DNA of 64,000 nucleotides. Source: Epiperipatus broadwayi. Taxonomy: Eukaryota > Animalia > Onychophora. The notes below the pieces were generated by a model. The model made no database searches. It was given only the letters and a program-made list of their open reading frames with translations, and was not told the DNA's origin. Made by a program: the position numbers and the translations under genes. The stretch is taken from contig JAQFVV010000009.1 in NCBI GenBank assembly GCA_028023455.1, forward strand, positions 9,238,001 through 9,302,000, given 5' to 3'. This document shows, piece by piece, positions 13,080 through 26,048 of this stretch (positions are counted from its first letter, which is position 1; each line of letters opens with the position of its first letter).

Positions 13080-15071
13080 CAGTGGTCTTCAACCTTTTCA
13101 CACTTGCGGACCGGCAAAAATAAGGATAAGATTTCATGGACCAATAGAAGTTTACAGATAAATTTTCTTAAAGATGTAACCTGCTTAGCCTTAGATAAAC
13201 ATAATTGTTACAACTGACCAAAACAGCATTCTAGTTATTGTGTATTGTAATGGTGTTGCTTACCTTCACATGCTAAACACTCCTTCTCGAGTTGCACAGT
13301 CATACTGCTACAGAAAATAGTACAATAGCAATCATTCTCACTAATGTGCTTACATTTCTACATTTATTATTTCATTGTTAAAACATGCAAGAATAAAATG
13401 TTATTCACCTAAATGTTGGAAAATATCACAGCTAGTGTAATTACATGACAATGATTATGATAAATGTAATATCTGTATTTAATGTTAAATATACAAGATG
13501 AAGTTATATATATATATATGGAGGTTGTCTTTTGATAATAGTAAGGGCAAAATAGAAATTGCGTAATTAAAATCATTATACAGCCAAAAAAAAGTCACCG
13601 TATTTTAAATCTAAAAAAAATAAAACGAAATGTGTAAAAGTCTGAAGTTTTGATGTTATTGTAATTTTTTTTTTGTGCTGGTGTGTTGAAAGGATCAAAA
13701 AATATAATTAATAGGAAATGTTTTTTTAAAAAATGGCAAAATAGACATCGCGTAATAGAAATAAAGCCAAAAAAAAAATTGCCATATAGTCGCCATCTTT
13801 TACAAAAAAGACAACGAAAGTTGAAAAAGTCAAAAGTTTTGATCTTATTTTAATTGGGGGGGAAGGAAGTGGATTGAGAAATACTTTGACTTCACTGAGA
13901 CAAAAGATAGAGACCAAAGTTATTTTTTGTTTGTTTTTACTTTTTAAAAAAGGTAATAGAAATTGGTTTTAAAAATAAAAGTTTTAGTATTGTAGTGGTA
14001 TACAAATAAAGCCCTCAAAAATATCGCCTTATAGAACAAAAAAAAGTGGGCATATTTTTAAAAAAGAAAATGAAACTTGAAAAAGTCAAAAGTTTTGATC
14101 TTATTTTAATTTGGGGAGGGGGGTGGAGAGGTGGAGTGGATTGAGAAATACTTTGTAAAAATTTGAGAAGATATTTTTTGGTTGTTTTAAGAGGTGGAGT
14201 GGAGAAACTTTGTAAAATTGGAGTTTTTGGTGTTTTTTTTAAAAGGGATAAAAAGTTAAAAATAAAAGTTAAAGAAAAAAGATTATTTAATTTTTGGGGG
14301 AGGGGTTGAGAAATACTTTGTCTTCACTGAGACAAAAGATAGAGACAAAAGTTATTTTTGGTTTGTTTTTATTTTTAAAAAAATGTAATAGAAATTAAAT
14401 AAAGGCAAAAAAGATATTGCTTTATAAGCCAAAAAAAAAAAGTGATCATATTTTTAAACAAGAACAACAACAACAAAAAAAACCTGAAACTTGAAAAAGT
14501 CAAAAGTTTTGATCTTACTTTATTTTGGAGTGGGGTGTATTGAGAAATACTTTGTAAAAGTTAGAGACAGAATTTATTTTTTGGTTTTTATTTTTAAAAA
14601 AAGGTAATAAAAATTGATTTCAAAAATAAAAGTTGAGTCAAAAAAAAAAAACCCCCACTAAAAATGAAATATTAAAAGAAGTAGAAAAAATTTAAGAGAT
14701 CAACAAAAGTCATGTTACATTTTATTGTTTTAACACATAAACAATGCCAACAAGCAGCCATGATTGGCTATCAAAAGACAACCAGAGTTTGTATAATAAA
14801 AAACTTTTTTTTTTGAAATTTTTTAGAAAAATAAAAAAAAATTTAATTCTACCCCCCCCCCCATAAATATCTGTGATAAATAGAAAAACAAATTAATTTA
14901 TGTATGATTGATTAGATTTTGTTTTTGTTCTGTTTCTTTTTTTTTTTAATCGGGTAAAAATGTGATGAAAAAATACATTAAAATTGTTTATATTAATTAA
15001 AAGTTTAAAATCTTATTATTTTGTTATTACAAACTTTCTTGCCAGTCTAGACCAGTGGTTGAAGACCACTG
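13080..15071. mobile_element. Non-autonomous hAT (Buster/Charlie-type) element, complete ends
   Basis: Perfect 15-bp TIR CAGTGGTCTTCAACC (13080-13094) / GGTTGAAGACCACTG (15057-15071); perfect 8-bp TSD CTTTAGTC (13072-13079, 15072-15079) fitting the nnnTAnnn Buster target pattern. Confidence 0.95.
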
Positions 15072-15799
15072 CTTTAGTCAATTTACTTTTAGTTTCTTGT
15101 GGAGACTTCTTTATATTATTTTCTGTCTTTAATTCATATCTTTCTTCTATATTTTGATATGTATTCTCTAATTTTTCCACCACACTATCTATCTGTATCC
15201 AATCTCTGTACATTTCTATCTTTATTTCCACCTTATCTGCTCTAACACTATTTGGTTTTAATTCATCTCTAGTATTGTTTATAATCTCAACTTTCTTTTC
15301 TACTTAACTTTCTTTAGTCAGATATTTTTCTATGATTTCTCCAGCCTGCTTTTTCTCAACTTTTTTCCCTTAATTTCTTGTCTCATTCTTTTCATTTTGG
15401 TTTTGAACTCCTCCAACATTGCTCTATTTTCTTCTATCATTGCCTGCTAACTTTGTTTCATTTCTATAAATCTTGACTTTCATGTCCATCATCATCTTCA
15501 TCATCATCTGTGTCTCACTCACTTTTTCTACTATTTAGGGATTTTTGAAAAAAAAAAGGGCTTTCTTCCGACTGTACTCCCCTATCAATTTCTTCCTTGA
15601 CTTTCATTAACCCCGATATATCTAACTTTTATTCTTAATTTAAATTTTTTCCCTTTAAAATATATAAGTACTTAAAATTTATTTATCTAACACTTTATGT
15701 TGAAAAAAAAAATCCAAAAGAAAAACACTATTCAGCTGTTTATTTAATTACTCATTTGAAAAAGGCTTCTTAATATTTATTTATTTTTATCATAACCCC

Positions 15800-17200
15800 C
15801 ACATAAATAAGTGATCAAGAAGCAACTTTACTCTTAATAATAAATGGTTTAAATCACCAGTGCTTTCATTGCAAAGAGCACAGTAGTCTTATCAGCAATT
15901 GCTCTAAGATATACTGCACACAATATAAAATGAGAGCCATTCTCACCCAACCAATGTCTAAAGAGGAGAAAAATACTATCCAACAAGTCGAATTGGAAAA
16001 TAAAAAAATCTACAACAGATGGCAATTGCAACAAAAATGTTTCACAATCAATCAAAACCAAATAGTGGTTAAAACAAAAGAGTATTCTAATGACTGTATA
16101 ATTCAAAATCCTTCTGCTGGTAAGACACTTGCAACAAGCTCCTTAAATAAAACATCACCAGATATCATGAATACTCTCACTATCTGCCCACTGGAAGTCA
16201 CTATAAACATGTTTCAAGAGAAAACTAGACCACCCTCCCAGGAAAAAAGGAATAAAAAAGTGAAAGATCTGATAATGAATAATAATAACAAAAAAATACC
16301 CCCCAAAACATTTGACTCAATTAAAAAAGTAAAAATTCTGAACAATTCTAAAAACTCTGACATATCATCAGATAAAAAAAACAGACCTAAAGAAGAGGTA
16401 AGTGCTAGTAAGTTATATAATATAACATACAATAAGGCACAAACATTGATGCAAGTGAGATCAGGTGATATAATGGGTGGGTTATCACCCACATTTAAAC
16501 AATAATATAGTACACAATCATGTATACCAAAATTATTTATACTCTGTGCCAATAATCTATGAATTTTTCTATATTTTAATTATATTATGTACTGACTTAA
16601 AACCCTAATATAATGCACTTTAAAAATTCTTTGGAAAGTCTTACATAATGAAATCAATAGTTCTTGCAAGTTTACTATATCATATAAAAAATATACAGAC
16701 TAAAATAAAATTTAATGTCAGAGGATGAAATCCCCCTGAAAAAATTAAACTTCTAACTAAATGATATAATATTGATAGAAACCAAAATTTACAGTAAATT
16801 ACAAATTGACCCATCAGCCAAATTAAATTACAATGAGTTCATAGCTTTCAAAACATCAGACACATGATCAGCAGTAACAAGTATCATCATCAACAAAGTT
16901 TCAACACATTCAAAAATATATATTAACACACATATCCTAATTATCACCCTTCACCATAAAGCAATAATACTAAACATAGCACTTGTATACATCCCTCCAA
17001 TCCCCACTATATATAAATAGACAATTCTAATTCTGAACTCTAAATTTGCGGCCACCCTGCATCCAACTTTAAGAATGGGCAAATAGTTAAAAACTGGAAA
17101 CTTTAAACAAATAGATAATCACTAATAAATGGTACAAGAACATCTACACCTAATTTCTCATCTAAGATTTACTTACTTGTAAGAAAAAGTGAAAATATGA
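15800..17200 (+). mobile_element. 5' part of a LINE: ORF1-like 191-aa frame (15930-16505) plus decayed APE endonuclease
   Basis: Downstream of the ORF, NVRG*NPPEKIKLL..YNID..ETK (~16715-16790) and LNIALVYIPP (~16970-17000) match APE motifs; the RT domain is absent. Confidence 0.6.
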
Positions 17201-17299
17201 TAAAACTATATAGTATATGATTTCATTTGGAGAGAAAAAGAAAATGAAAAATATGTCTTGTATTGAATGAGAAAAGATTATTAATAATATTAGTTTAAA

Positions 17300-18090
17300 T
17301 CCAGCAAATTAAAAAGACATATAATCTAATAATCTGTATCCATATAATAAAAATATTGATTACTTTCAACATAAATATGAAGAACTGTTAAAAGAAAAGA
17401 AATAATTTTGTAAATATTATATATTTCTATAAAACACACTTCTTAAGGCTTCTTTTCAAATTTGTTATTGAATTGCTAAAGAAGGTAAGGCATATACAAT
17501 TGTTGAAATGTTAATAAAATGTTGTATTAGATATAATATCTTGCAAGTTTGATGAAAAAATATAATAAAGAAATTGATGGTAAAACACTCTTTGATACCA
17601 CAATTGCAAGACTAATTAATATCTCACATGGACTGAATGAATTTACAGATGTTGCTGTTTTATCTATTTTGATAACACTGATTGATTACTTTTTAATTCT
17701 ACAATTCAAATAGATATTCTTTTTTGCAAATCTCCTATAGAGAGAATTACTGGAGAAAAATTGTCAAACTTATTAATTGCAAGATTAAACATAAATAACT
17801 TAATATAATATTTATATTTGCATATTTACACAGGTGGAGCAAAATCATTACTGGGTTCAAACAAAGAATGCAATGTCAAAAATAATTGCAATAATCCCAA
17901 ACATTAAATAATGGCATTACTGTCTTCATTGTTACATGCTCATGGTGAAATAAATATTGAAAACATTAAGTGTTTTGAATGATATTCTAATAATTATAAA
18001 TTTCATCAAACCCAAACAATTCAATATTATTTACTATGTAATGTGGTAAATTATCTAACAATCATACAATCTTGCTTTCACATGTGTTTA
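17300..18090 (+). pseudogene. Buster-family hAT transposase fragment
   Basis: KASFQICY*IAKEGKAYTIVEMLIK, GLNEFTDVAVL and YTGGAKSLLGSNK resemble the IAKAGKPHTIGE / LDESTD / CTDGA motifs of ZBED5/SCAND3-like transposases. Confidence 0.7.
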
Positions 18091-18339
18091 AAGTTATATT
18101 TTAAAAAATTAAATTAATTAATTCTAAATGTAAAAACTCATAATTTGATATTAGTATTATTTCATTTATCAAATTTGTCATTTTATTAAATTTTGAATTT
18201 TCTTTCTTGCTGTTCCATATTTTTAAATTATTTATTTTATCACTGTGATTGAATTTCATGCATGCATCTTCACTAAACTTTTCATGAAGTTAAACAGAAT
18301 AATTTTAAGGAAAACTATTAGTTTCCTAAAAAAAAAATG

Positions 18340-19160
18340 TCTTTTTTTCTCTGCAGAACCTTGCTATTATGATAGGCATATATTTACACCCAATATAGAG
18401 ATTCATCTAAATATGACAGTCCAACTCAAGTGCATAAATTTTCCAGTATTACATTCAACTCAAATATATCAAATTTGTTGAGATAACATTTTATTGTTTT
18501 CTTTTCTTCATTAGCAAATGATCTGATTCTGAATTGGATTTTTAATCCAGTCAGAGGAATCATTTTTTTCTGAGAAGTATTTTCTGGTAGTCTTTTTTTT
18601 TTTCAGTTGGGAAATATGTTCTAATAAATATCCAAATTTAATTCATTTTCCATTAGAAACCTATTCAGTTTTCAAAATATTATTCAATATTCATTCTTGC
18701 ATAAGGATCCCACATATTGAATTTTAAAAATAGTGCATTATTTTTTTATTAATTTTAATAATATATAATATTAACTTCATTTAAATTTAAAAAATATAAC
18801 TCGCAAATATGCCATCAATTACACTTTTATCATCTAATTTTGGAGCGTAATATATTTATTTTTATTTCACTTTATAACTAAAAAAATTGGCTCAAGAAGT
18901 TTTCTTACAACAACCATCATGTTTCAACATATGAAAGCAAGATTTGATGATTGTTAGATAATTCACCACATACATAGTAAATAATATTGAATTGTTTGGG
19001 TTTGATGAAATTTATATTATTAGAATGTTAGTGAAAAGGTTTTCAATACTTATTTCACCATAAACATGTAACAATGAAGTCAGTAAGGCCACTATTTAAT
19101 GTTTGGGACTATTGCAATTATTCATGTCATTGCCCTCTTTATTTGAACCTAATAACTGTT
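18340..19160 (-). pseudogene. Buster transposase fragment in inverted orientation
   Basis: 18925-19160 is the reverse complement of 17845-18085; 18340-18720 gives LEHISQLK..DWIKNPI, typical of the Buster C-terminal region. Confidence 0.55.
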
Positions 19161-19269
19161 TATCTTTTTTAAGTCTTGCAGTTTTTTTTTTACTTTAAAA
19201 CAAAATGTTATAATGTCTAAATGATTAAAATTTGAAAAATGTTCTACTTAACTTCAAACATTAAATCTA

Positions 19270-19410
19270 ATGAAAATGATTGGCAAGATTGGTATTAAAC
19301 CACTAAACATCACATGATCACCATTCTTTATGCTTACACAAGCTGTTTACACAGAGGCAAAGCTCTGGCTTGCACCAAGTGGTGATGCTGTAGGGAGAAA
19401 GTTTTTCTCT
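19270..19410. repeat. Fragment of the hammerhead repeat family A (no ribozyme core)
   Basis: gattggtattaaaccactaaacatcacatgatcaccattctttatgcttacacaagctgtttacacagagg matches 23228-23275 and the reverse complement of 32785-32855. Confidence 0.8.
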
Positions 19411-20024
19411 CTAATGAAAACTAAACATATCCAAAAATCTCATTAAAGTAACATTTAACTTAAATTCTAATCTTTTTTTCATAATATAATAATATATTAT
19501 AGAATTTTTTTTATGTATATTAATATTATGAAAATAAAAAAAAGTAATATTATTTATCTATTACAAACTGCTTTTTAGACAGAAATTGAATATAATGCAA
19601 AAGTTGTATGAAAACTCATACATCATAGTCATTTCAAGTAACCACCCAGTATCAATCATCAAATGAATAGCTAGCCATTATTAACTGGACAGTAAAAATT
19701 CCATGACAATCAAAACTGACCACACAGAATGTGGATGTGCTAATTTTTTTTTAAAAAAAAAAGATTGTAAAATTATATAGTTTTTACAATTAGTAATATA
19801 AATCTCTTATATATTCAGTCACAGTATATTTTTTAGAACAATACATATTACAATAGAATGACAGCCTGTTAAGCTAATTGCGCAGACAAAAGCAAAACAC
19901 AATAAATATATTTAAACAGGCAAAATTCTCCATACAGTAGTGCCACTCAGTGCAAACCATAGTAATCAATGAATGGCTTAAGGCTTGTGCATCAAATCCC
20001 TATCTAGTGCCTACTCATCCAATA

Positions 20025-20066
20025 TCCCCAGACTAGTTTCTAGCTTGTGGCTTTCGTCAGTGAGGA
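20025..20066 (-). ncRNA. Intact minimal type I hammerhead ribozyme (family A)
   Basis: Minus strand TCCTCA-CTGACGA-A-AGC-CACAA-GCT-A-GAAA-CTA-GTC-TGGGGA: 6-bp helix I, full catalytic core, 3-bp helix II, palindromic ACTAGT helix III, GUC triplet (predicted cut between 20031 and 20030). Confidence 0.85.
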
Positions 20067-20205
20067 GCCTTGGATTTGAGAGCACTGCATCTAGATCTTA
20101 GGATCTGATGCAACACTCCAGCAGCCACCTTTTATCTCTACTTAACTACAAAACTATGAGAATCCAAGCTCATTAGCTCATATAGATCTGAACTCAGTTC
20201 AGTAC

Positions 20206-23172
20206 TGTACCAGTCAAAACATGTTTATCCATCTAACATGAGCTGGAACTCACAAAATGTACTTCAAATCCAATCAAGTCTGAGATTTAAGTCAGAGACC
20301 AGCCTGGATTCGAACCCACTCTCTACGCCCCAGATCAAATACCTAATGAATAACATAATAGTGATGGCACATGATAATTAATTTTAATCCGGCTGACTAG
20401 CAAAGCTGAGCAAAACAATGAGACATCTATTAACTATGACTAAATTAAAATGTACATAAGCATGGCTGTAATATGTGGAAGTGGAGGAAAAGGAATTCGA
20501 ACTACTCAAATAAGTTAGACAATGAAATATAGTTTAATATAATGACAAATTATTTATATACATTTATAAATTAAGTACATTAGTATATGTGTGAATGAGC
20601 AAGCAGTAGATGATTACATAGTGTCATTCACGGTATTATTTCACATATGCTCTTTATTAGCTAAATGATATATTATAAATAAACACACATCTTTGGTGGG
20701 TCCAATATTAAGATGCCAATCATTATTAGAAAGAAGTTACATAAAATTGCTATTAACGCTTTGGGTTATGGTTCTGAAACGTGGTGACTAACATATGATT
20801 TAGGGGAGCATTCTGAGATTCACTACAGATATAAATACAAACTATTTTCCTGCCATTACGGTCATGAAAATACATAAAATCCATTTGACAATTTATTGAA
20901 AATTATTTTCATTAACATTTACGAGAAGAACGCTTTATTTTTCCCCAAGGCATATAGATACTCTTAAATACAGAAATAAGTTACGATGGTGGGACTGTAT
21001 AAGACTGAAATAAATTTAATTAATAAAATAGAAGTAGTTGGCATTTATATATATTTTAAGCAGAGCGCAATTTTAATATTAGAGCATTAAAACTGGGTCA
21101 TGAAGCAAAAGAAATAAATATATGAAGAAGTTTGTGGTACTGACATTATAACCAAAAAATAACAGGAAAAGTCATGCTTCTGGACGAAAGATGAAGTGGA
21201 TGGGCATAGCGTGTGCCAGACTTAGGGATCACACTAGAGGCCTTTTTATACGAAGAAATGGATGGGCATAGCGTATGCCAGACTTAGGAATCATTGCCAG
21301 TGGCCTTTTTATATGAAGAAAGAATATGCATAGCGTGTGCCAGACTTAGGGATCACCACCAGAGGCATTTTAATATGAAGGTGTGAAAAGAAATCTATGG
21401 GTTCGAACTTGTCGCAACCCTCAGATTAAGACTAGAAGCACGTAATATATTTATATATGAAGATAGGCTAAATGTCAGTAACGCAGTAATGATGCATGTC
21501 ACTAACAACATTGAATAAATTTTACTGCTTTAATATAAATGACCCTTGTTTGAGTACTATAATTTAGACGAATAATATGCTATGCAGTATAATATATATA
21601 GAGAGATTTACATTTCATTTACTTAAAATATACTTGAAGATTTTATTTAGCAAAAGTAACATTAAGATTTACCCCCTTCCCTTACTGTTATTTTAAATAA
21701 ATAAATCCCACCTTCGTTGATTTTACGATAAATGGAATATATAAGTACTTTATTTGATATTTTAAGAGTATGTAAAAATAAAAAGACTGGCAGTTATAAA
21801 AAAATACTATTGGGTCACTCTTTCAAAATTTAAAAAGAACATTTAAAAAGATTTCAAAGCATTAATTAGCTTGAGTTCTGGATTCACCCTGGGTAGAAAA
21901 TCCAGAGTTAAAGAAATACATTTTTATCATAAATAAAATGTTGACTCGAAAAACAATCTGGCGAGTATGTTAATTAATAACGCATTATATTTTTAGGGAC
22001 GTTAATAACCTTGATGCATGAAGGTTTATTTAAAAGAAAGAAAAGATTTTAGGAATTCAACTCATCAGATTGTTTGAGATTGGCAAATTAATAACGAAAA
22101 TAGACATATAAATTCAAGTAATAAATAAATGACCACACCAAAATTAAAGAAAGTTACAGCATATGAGATAGGATTAAATTTGACATATTTAAAAAAAAGG
22201 TAAAATTAAATAACACATTAGAAGAAATCTTCATAGATGAGTTAGGCTAAATTTAGTTTGAGGTGATGGCTTGAAAAGTTACCTTGCAATTTTAAGAGTC
22301 CAATTTAGTAGTGCACATGCACGACAATCGAAATGCAAGTTCTCCTATGGCAGCCAGCTTCTATAAGCACACTAAAGTTCTTAAGTCGGACTTTTACTTT
22401 ACTCTTGGGCAGCAGACTGGTACGGCTGTGGAAGATGATGACCCACCAGGGCCAAGAAGGGTGGTGGATTCATTACTACATTATTTAAGTTTTAAGTGAC
22501 GTGTAATCTGTTTACAATCAGTTCTCTCAATAGTAGCTCTTCTCCTCTGTCTCTCAAAATTCAGCCATTTTATACTTTTTCTTTATCGATTGTTTTTGAA
22601 GATGCAACAGTAAGATAACGTTCAAAAATAAATTCAAATCTATTTCCAGATTAAAAATAGATTTGACAAAATGTTTATAACAAAAGTATCTCTAATCTTA
22701 ATCCCATTTTAAGTAAAAACTTTAATTAAAAACACCTTCCCCAGATTAAAACAACAGTGCTTCCAACCCTTTAATTATTTTTAGACAATTACTGTAGCAT
22801 CTTCCATATTGGATTTTACAAAATATACAGTTTAAAAGAAAAAAAACAAGCAATTTAAAAAGAAAAAGTTTAAAAAATAATGTATAATAAAATATTTAAA
22901 ACATCAACCTTTTGTTAGTAAGTTTTTGCTCCTATATATACATATTTGAGCTGCACCTATGTATTTTAATAAAAAGAATTAATAAGCATAAAATTAATAA
23001 TAATAAAAATGTTAATTTAAAAGTTAAAAACTTATAATTTAGTCGCACATCTCAAATATATATATAAAATATATACATATGACAAAAGGAGCAGGATGGG
23101 AAATAGGGATTTAAACACAGGTTAGTAGGTGGAAACATGAAGCTCAATCTTAAGCTAAGATTGACTGCTTCA
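20206..23172. mobile_element. ~3-kb non-coding TG...CA element (large solo LTR or non-autonomous transposon), copy A
   Basis: Termini TGTACCAGTCAA / TTGACTGCTTCA; 4-bp TSD GTAC (20202-20205, 23173-23176); colinear reverse-complement homolog at 41928-44489. Confidence 0.75.
21190..21380. repeat. 62-bp tandem repeat x3 inside the TG...CA element
   Basis: gcatagcgt(g/a)tgccagacttagg at 21204, 21266 and 21328. Confidence 0.9.
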
Positions 23173-25129
23173 GTACCCATACATTTTGATGTCTTTGGTT
23201 CTATAATAACCAGAGCCACCACTATCCTATTAGACAGGATTGGTATTAAATCACTAAACATCACATGATCACCATTTTATTAAAACAGGCAAAACTCTGC
23301 TTGCACTGAGCGGCACTATTATATGGAGAAATTTGCCTGTTTTAATAACAGTTATGAGCAAGCATAAGAAATGGTGATCATGTGATGTTTAGTGGTAATA
23401 AATATATTTAAAAACTGTATAAAATAATTTTAAATAAGATCTAAATTGCCATTAATTGATACCAAGTAATTATAAAAATTAATTCCATTATATCAAACAG
23501 ATAAACATCTAGAGACAAAACTGCTTATGAATTCAAATTTTGACTAACAAGTTTAATTAATAATTGAAAATAAACTTTATATAGGATATATGACAGCTAA
23601 GAACATCTTTCTGCAATTAAAATTACTAAATACTTCTATATGCTCTTACTTATTAATAAAAACGATTTAACCCAGTTGAGCTTCTTTTAAATATCAATTT
23701 ATCTCACTATCTTTAAATCTCTTAAACGAAATTCCTTGCATAGATTAGTGCAAGTGGCATTCCCTTGTACTCAAAGTCATTGGATGACGTCAGCTCTGAT
23801 TCTTCTTCAACTCTAACTTCTCCTTAATTCTTGAACAATTAATAATTCAATTTTTTTTTTTTTTTAAAGATTTATTCTTGATTTTTTTTAAAATCTGATG
23901 ATAAGTATTAGTAGTGAGTCCTCAAATTGTTATAATATATAAATCAGTTTTTAATTGTTCATAGAGAAGACTTGTCTAGGCATTCAGCCAAATAGAAAAA
24001 AAATTACAGAATGATTAATTATTTAGAGCAAAATAGATATAAGTCATGATGTCAAGTGCTCTATTAAATACTGATTTCACTGCATTTATCTGAAGCTCAA
24101 GTTTCACTATTGTTATTTACTGATGTTTGATTTTAAAAAGTATTTTTTAAAAAAATCAATATTTTATATATGTATAAAAATATTTTTATTTATTCAACAA
24201 TCCACAACCTTCTAATGCTATCAGATAGTTTAAATAGTTATAACAACTTATCTAAAGCAAAGGTTAATCTGAGAGACAGAAAGAACAGACTAAAATTAAT
24301 TTTTAAAGTTAATATTTAAATGTGATTAATATAAAGGTAAAAAAATATATTACTTTCAATGTTTTAAATTTATGTTTACAAAATAGTCTAAAGTTTTACA
24401 CTGAACTAAAATAAATTCTTTAAAAAGATATTTTTAAAATTTCAAAGAATATCTGTTTTCAAATTGTATCATCATTTCATCGTTATTAATAAAAAAAAAA
24501 ACTTTTTTATTGGATCTAATAAATATTTATAATTTTAAAGTTAAATTATCTATCTCAACTGTATGTTAAAATTAAAAAGTAATGATATGTATCGATGTTC
24601 TATAAAAATCTATTAGTATTGATAACAATATTACATAACTCTCATGTGTTGCTTACTCATGTTTCTGAGAATATTATTTTTCATTCTACTTTAAAGTCGT
24701 CTATTGTAAGCTTGAGTAATCAATGGACCCTAGATAATACTGCTACATCAAGAATGAAGTTAGAAATCAGTTTAAGAAAGGAAATATTGTAGCACTAAAT
24801 CCATCTGGTTTTTAATGATTACTCAAGCTTACAGTAGATTGATCTATAATAAGTTGAAGAGAATTGTTCTTGGGGAAACCTATTAGTAGATATTATTTGA
24901 TAAAACAACCTTTTCAATTGTTTCAATGAACTAGGTTTTAAAACTATAATTAAGAATTTATAACAAAAAATATATATATAAGATTACTGCCAAGAAAATC
25001 TATATAAATCTTTTGTTCACTTGTTAATTTATGGTGGTCTTGTTCATAAATTATCAATACTACTAACATAATATCTTTAACAAAGCTATTGCTCCATCAT
25101 TACTTAACCATAATTACACCCATCTAATT

Positions 25130-25720
25130 TAGGCTGAGCTCTCTCGGATGGCTATCGTCCTCACATGCTAATGTACTTAAGTTGAAATTTGATAATACAG
25201 ACAAATTCAACATCTGACATTACATTAAACAACTTTCACTTTCACTTCTACTACTCATCATTTAAAAAACTGCTATTTATAATACTATCTCTAATTCTTG
25301 TTATATTTACTACTACAATATTAAACTTTCATATCTTTTTCATCATACAACTCATCCACTTTGAATCACTAAGGCCATCACAGTCTATTCTTTTTCTCTT
25401 CAATTCTAATAAATAGATTTGCCTCCTTTTCTGATTTAATCATAGTTTTAACATTCCATGTACATTTCTAATATTACTTTTTCATTATAAAGGCTTTGGA
25501 ACTAACGTGTATTCATAAGATAATAAACAATGCTCTTACCAAGGTCCTATTTCATTTATCTTGCATTTTAGTTTAATCTTTCCTAAGTTATACAATTACT
25601 GTTTATTATTATCATATTTAATTTGCACATAACTAACTAAATACAATTATTATATGTATTCATGCTTATATAAATATTTTCATATATCTGCTAATAATTA
25701 AATTTTATCAATACCTATAC
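25130..25720 (-). mobile_element. Decayed 3' fragment of an RTE-like LINE
   Basis: Purine-rich minus strand with RL*WP**FKVDE (cf. RLRWxGHxxRM) and a 3' hairpin gagagctcagcctaaattag; heavily degenerate. Confidence 0.4.
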
Positions 25721-26048
25721 TTAAAATATATATACAGTCTACCCTGACCGCCATTGGTATTATTGTGAATATTGTAAATAGAGTTCTATTTTGATTGGCA
25801 GTTGAGAGTTCTTCCCAGAGATAATTTTCTTTAGAAAAGTGTGTTAAATGTATGAATGATTGTCATGCAAATGAGATATAAAAAGAACTCTTTCTCTCAA
25901 GGGTTATATTAAGTCTCTGCAGCAATAGCAGTTAAGAGGGGAAAAATGCTTCTGATAGTTAATGGCTTCTCTCACAAAAGTGAGAAAGTGCATGCAGAAG
26001 ATATAGATTAAATAGACATCACATGATCGCCCTTTTCTTATGCTAGCA

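Larger units (their letters stand above)
11330..15640 (-). pseudogene. LINE ORF1-like (coiled-coil) remnant split by two DNA transposons
   Basis: Removing the insertions rejoins the frame: ...KSPQETKSKLTK|VTVCFEHEFEIKKSVRRK... across 13080-15071, and ...SCFKRNT|HNCSMSEISKAINSWKMED... across 11626-12789. The coding strand is purine-rich, like the LINE at 7447-9425; ORF1 identity is inferred. Confidence 0.55.
19917..23396. mobile_element. Hammerhead repeat family A insertion 1 (about one unit plus a short inverted arm), interrupted by the 20206-23172 element
   Basis: 16-bp flanking duplication AATAAATATATTTAAA (19901-19916, 23397-23412); the family sequence continues across the nested insert (ttcagtac|ccatac); orientation flips at ~23295. 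Confidence 0.85.

Noticed and set aside
21190-21380. Three regularly spaced repeats as a possible CRISPR array
   Set aside because: Contiguous 62-bp tandem units with no unique spacers, no cas genes, and a eukaryotic context.
25125-25160. Minus-strand gTGAGGA..GAGAGAGCTC resembling a hammerhead
   Set aside because: Core mismatches (no C3, GAGA instead of GAAA) and no helix I; better explained as a LINE 3' hairpin.
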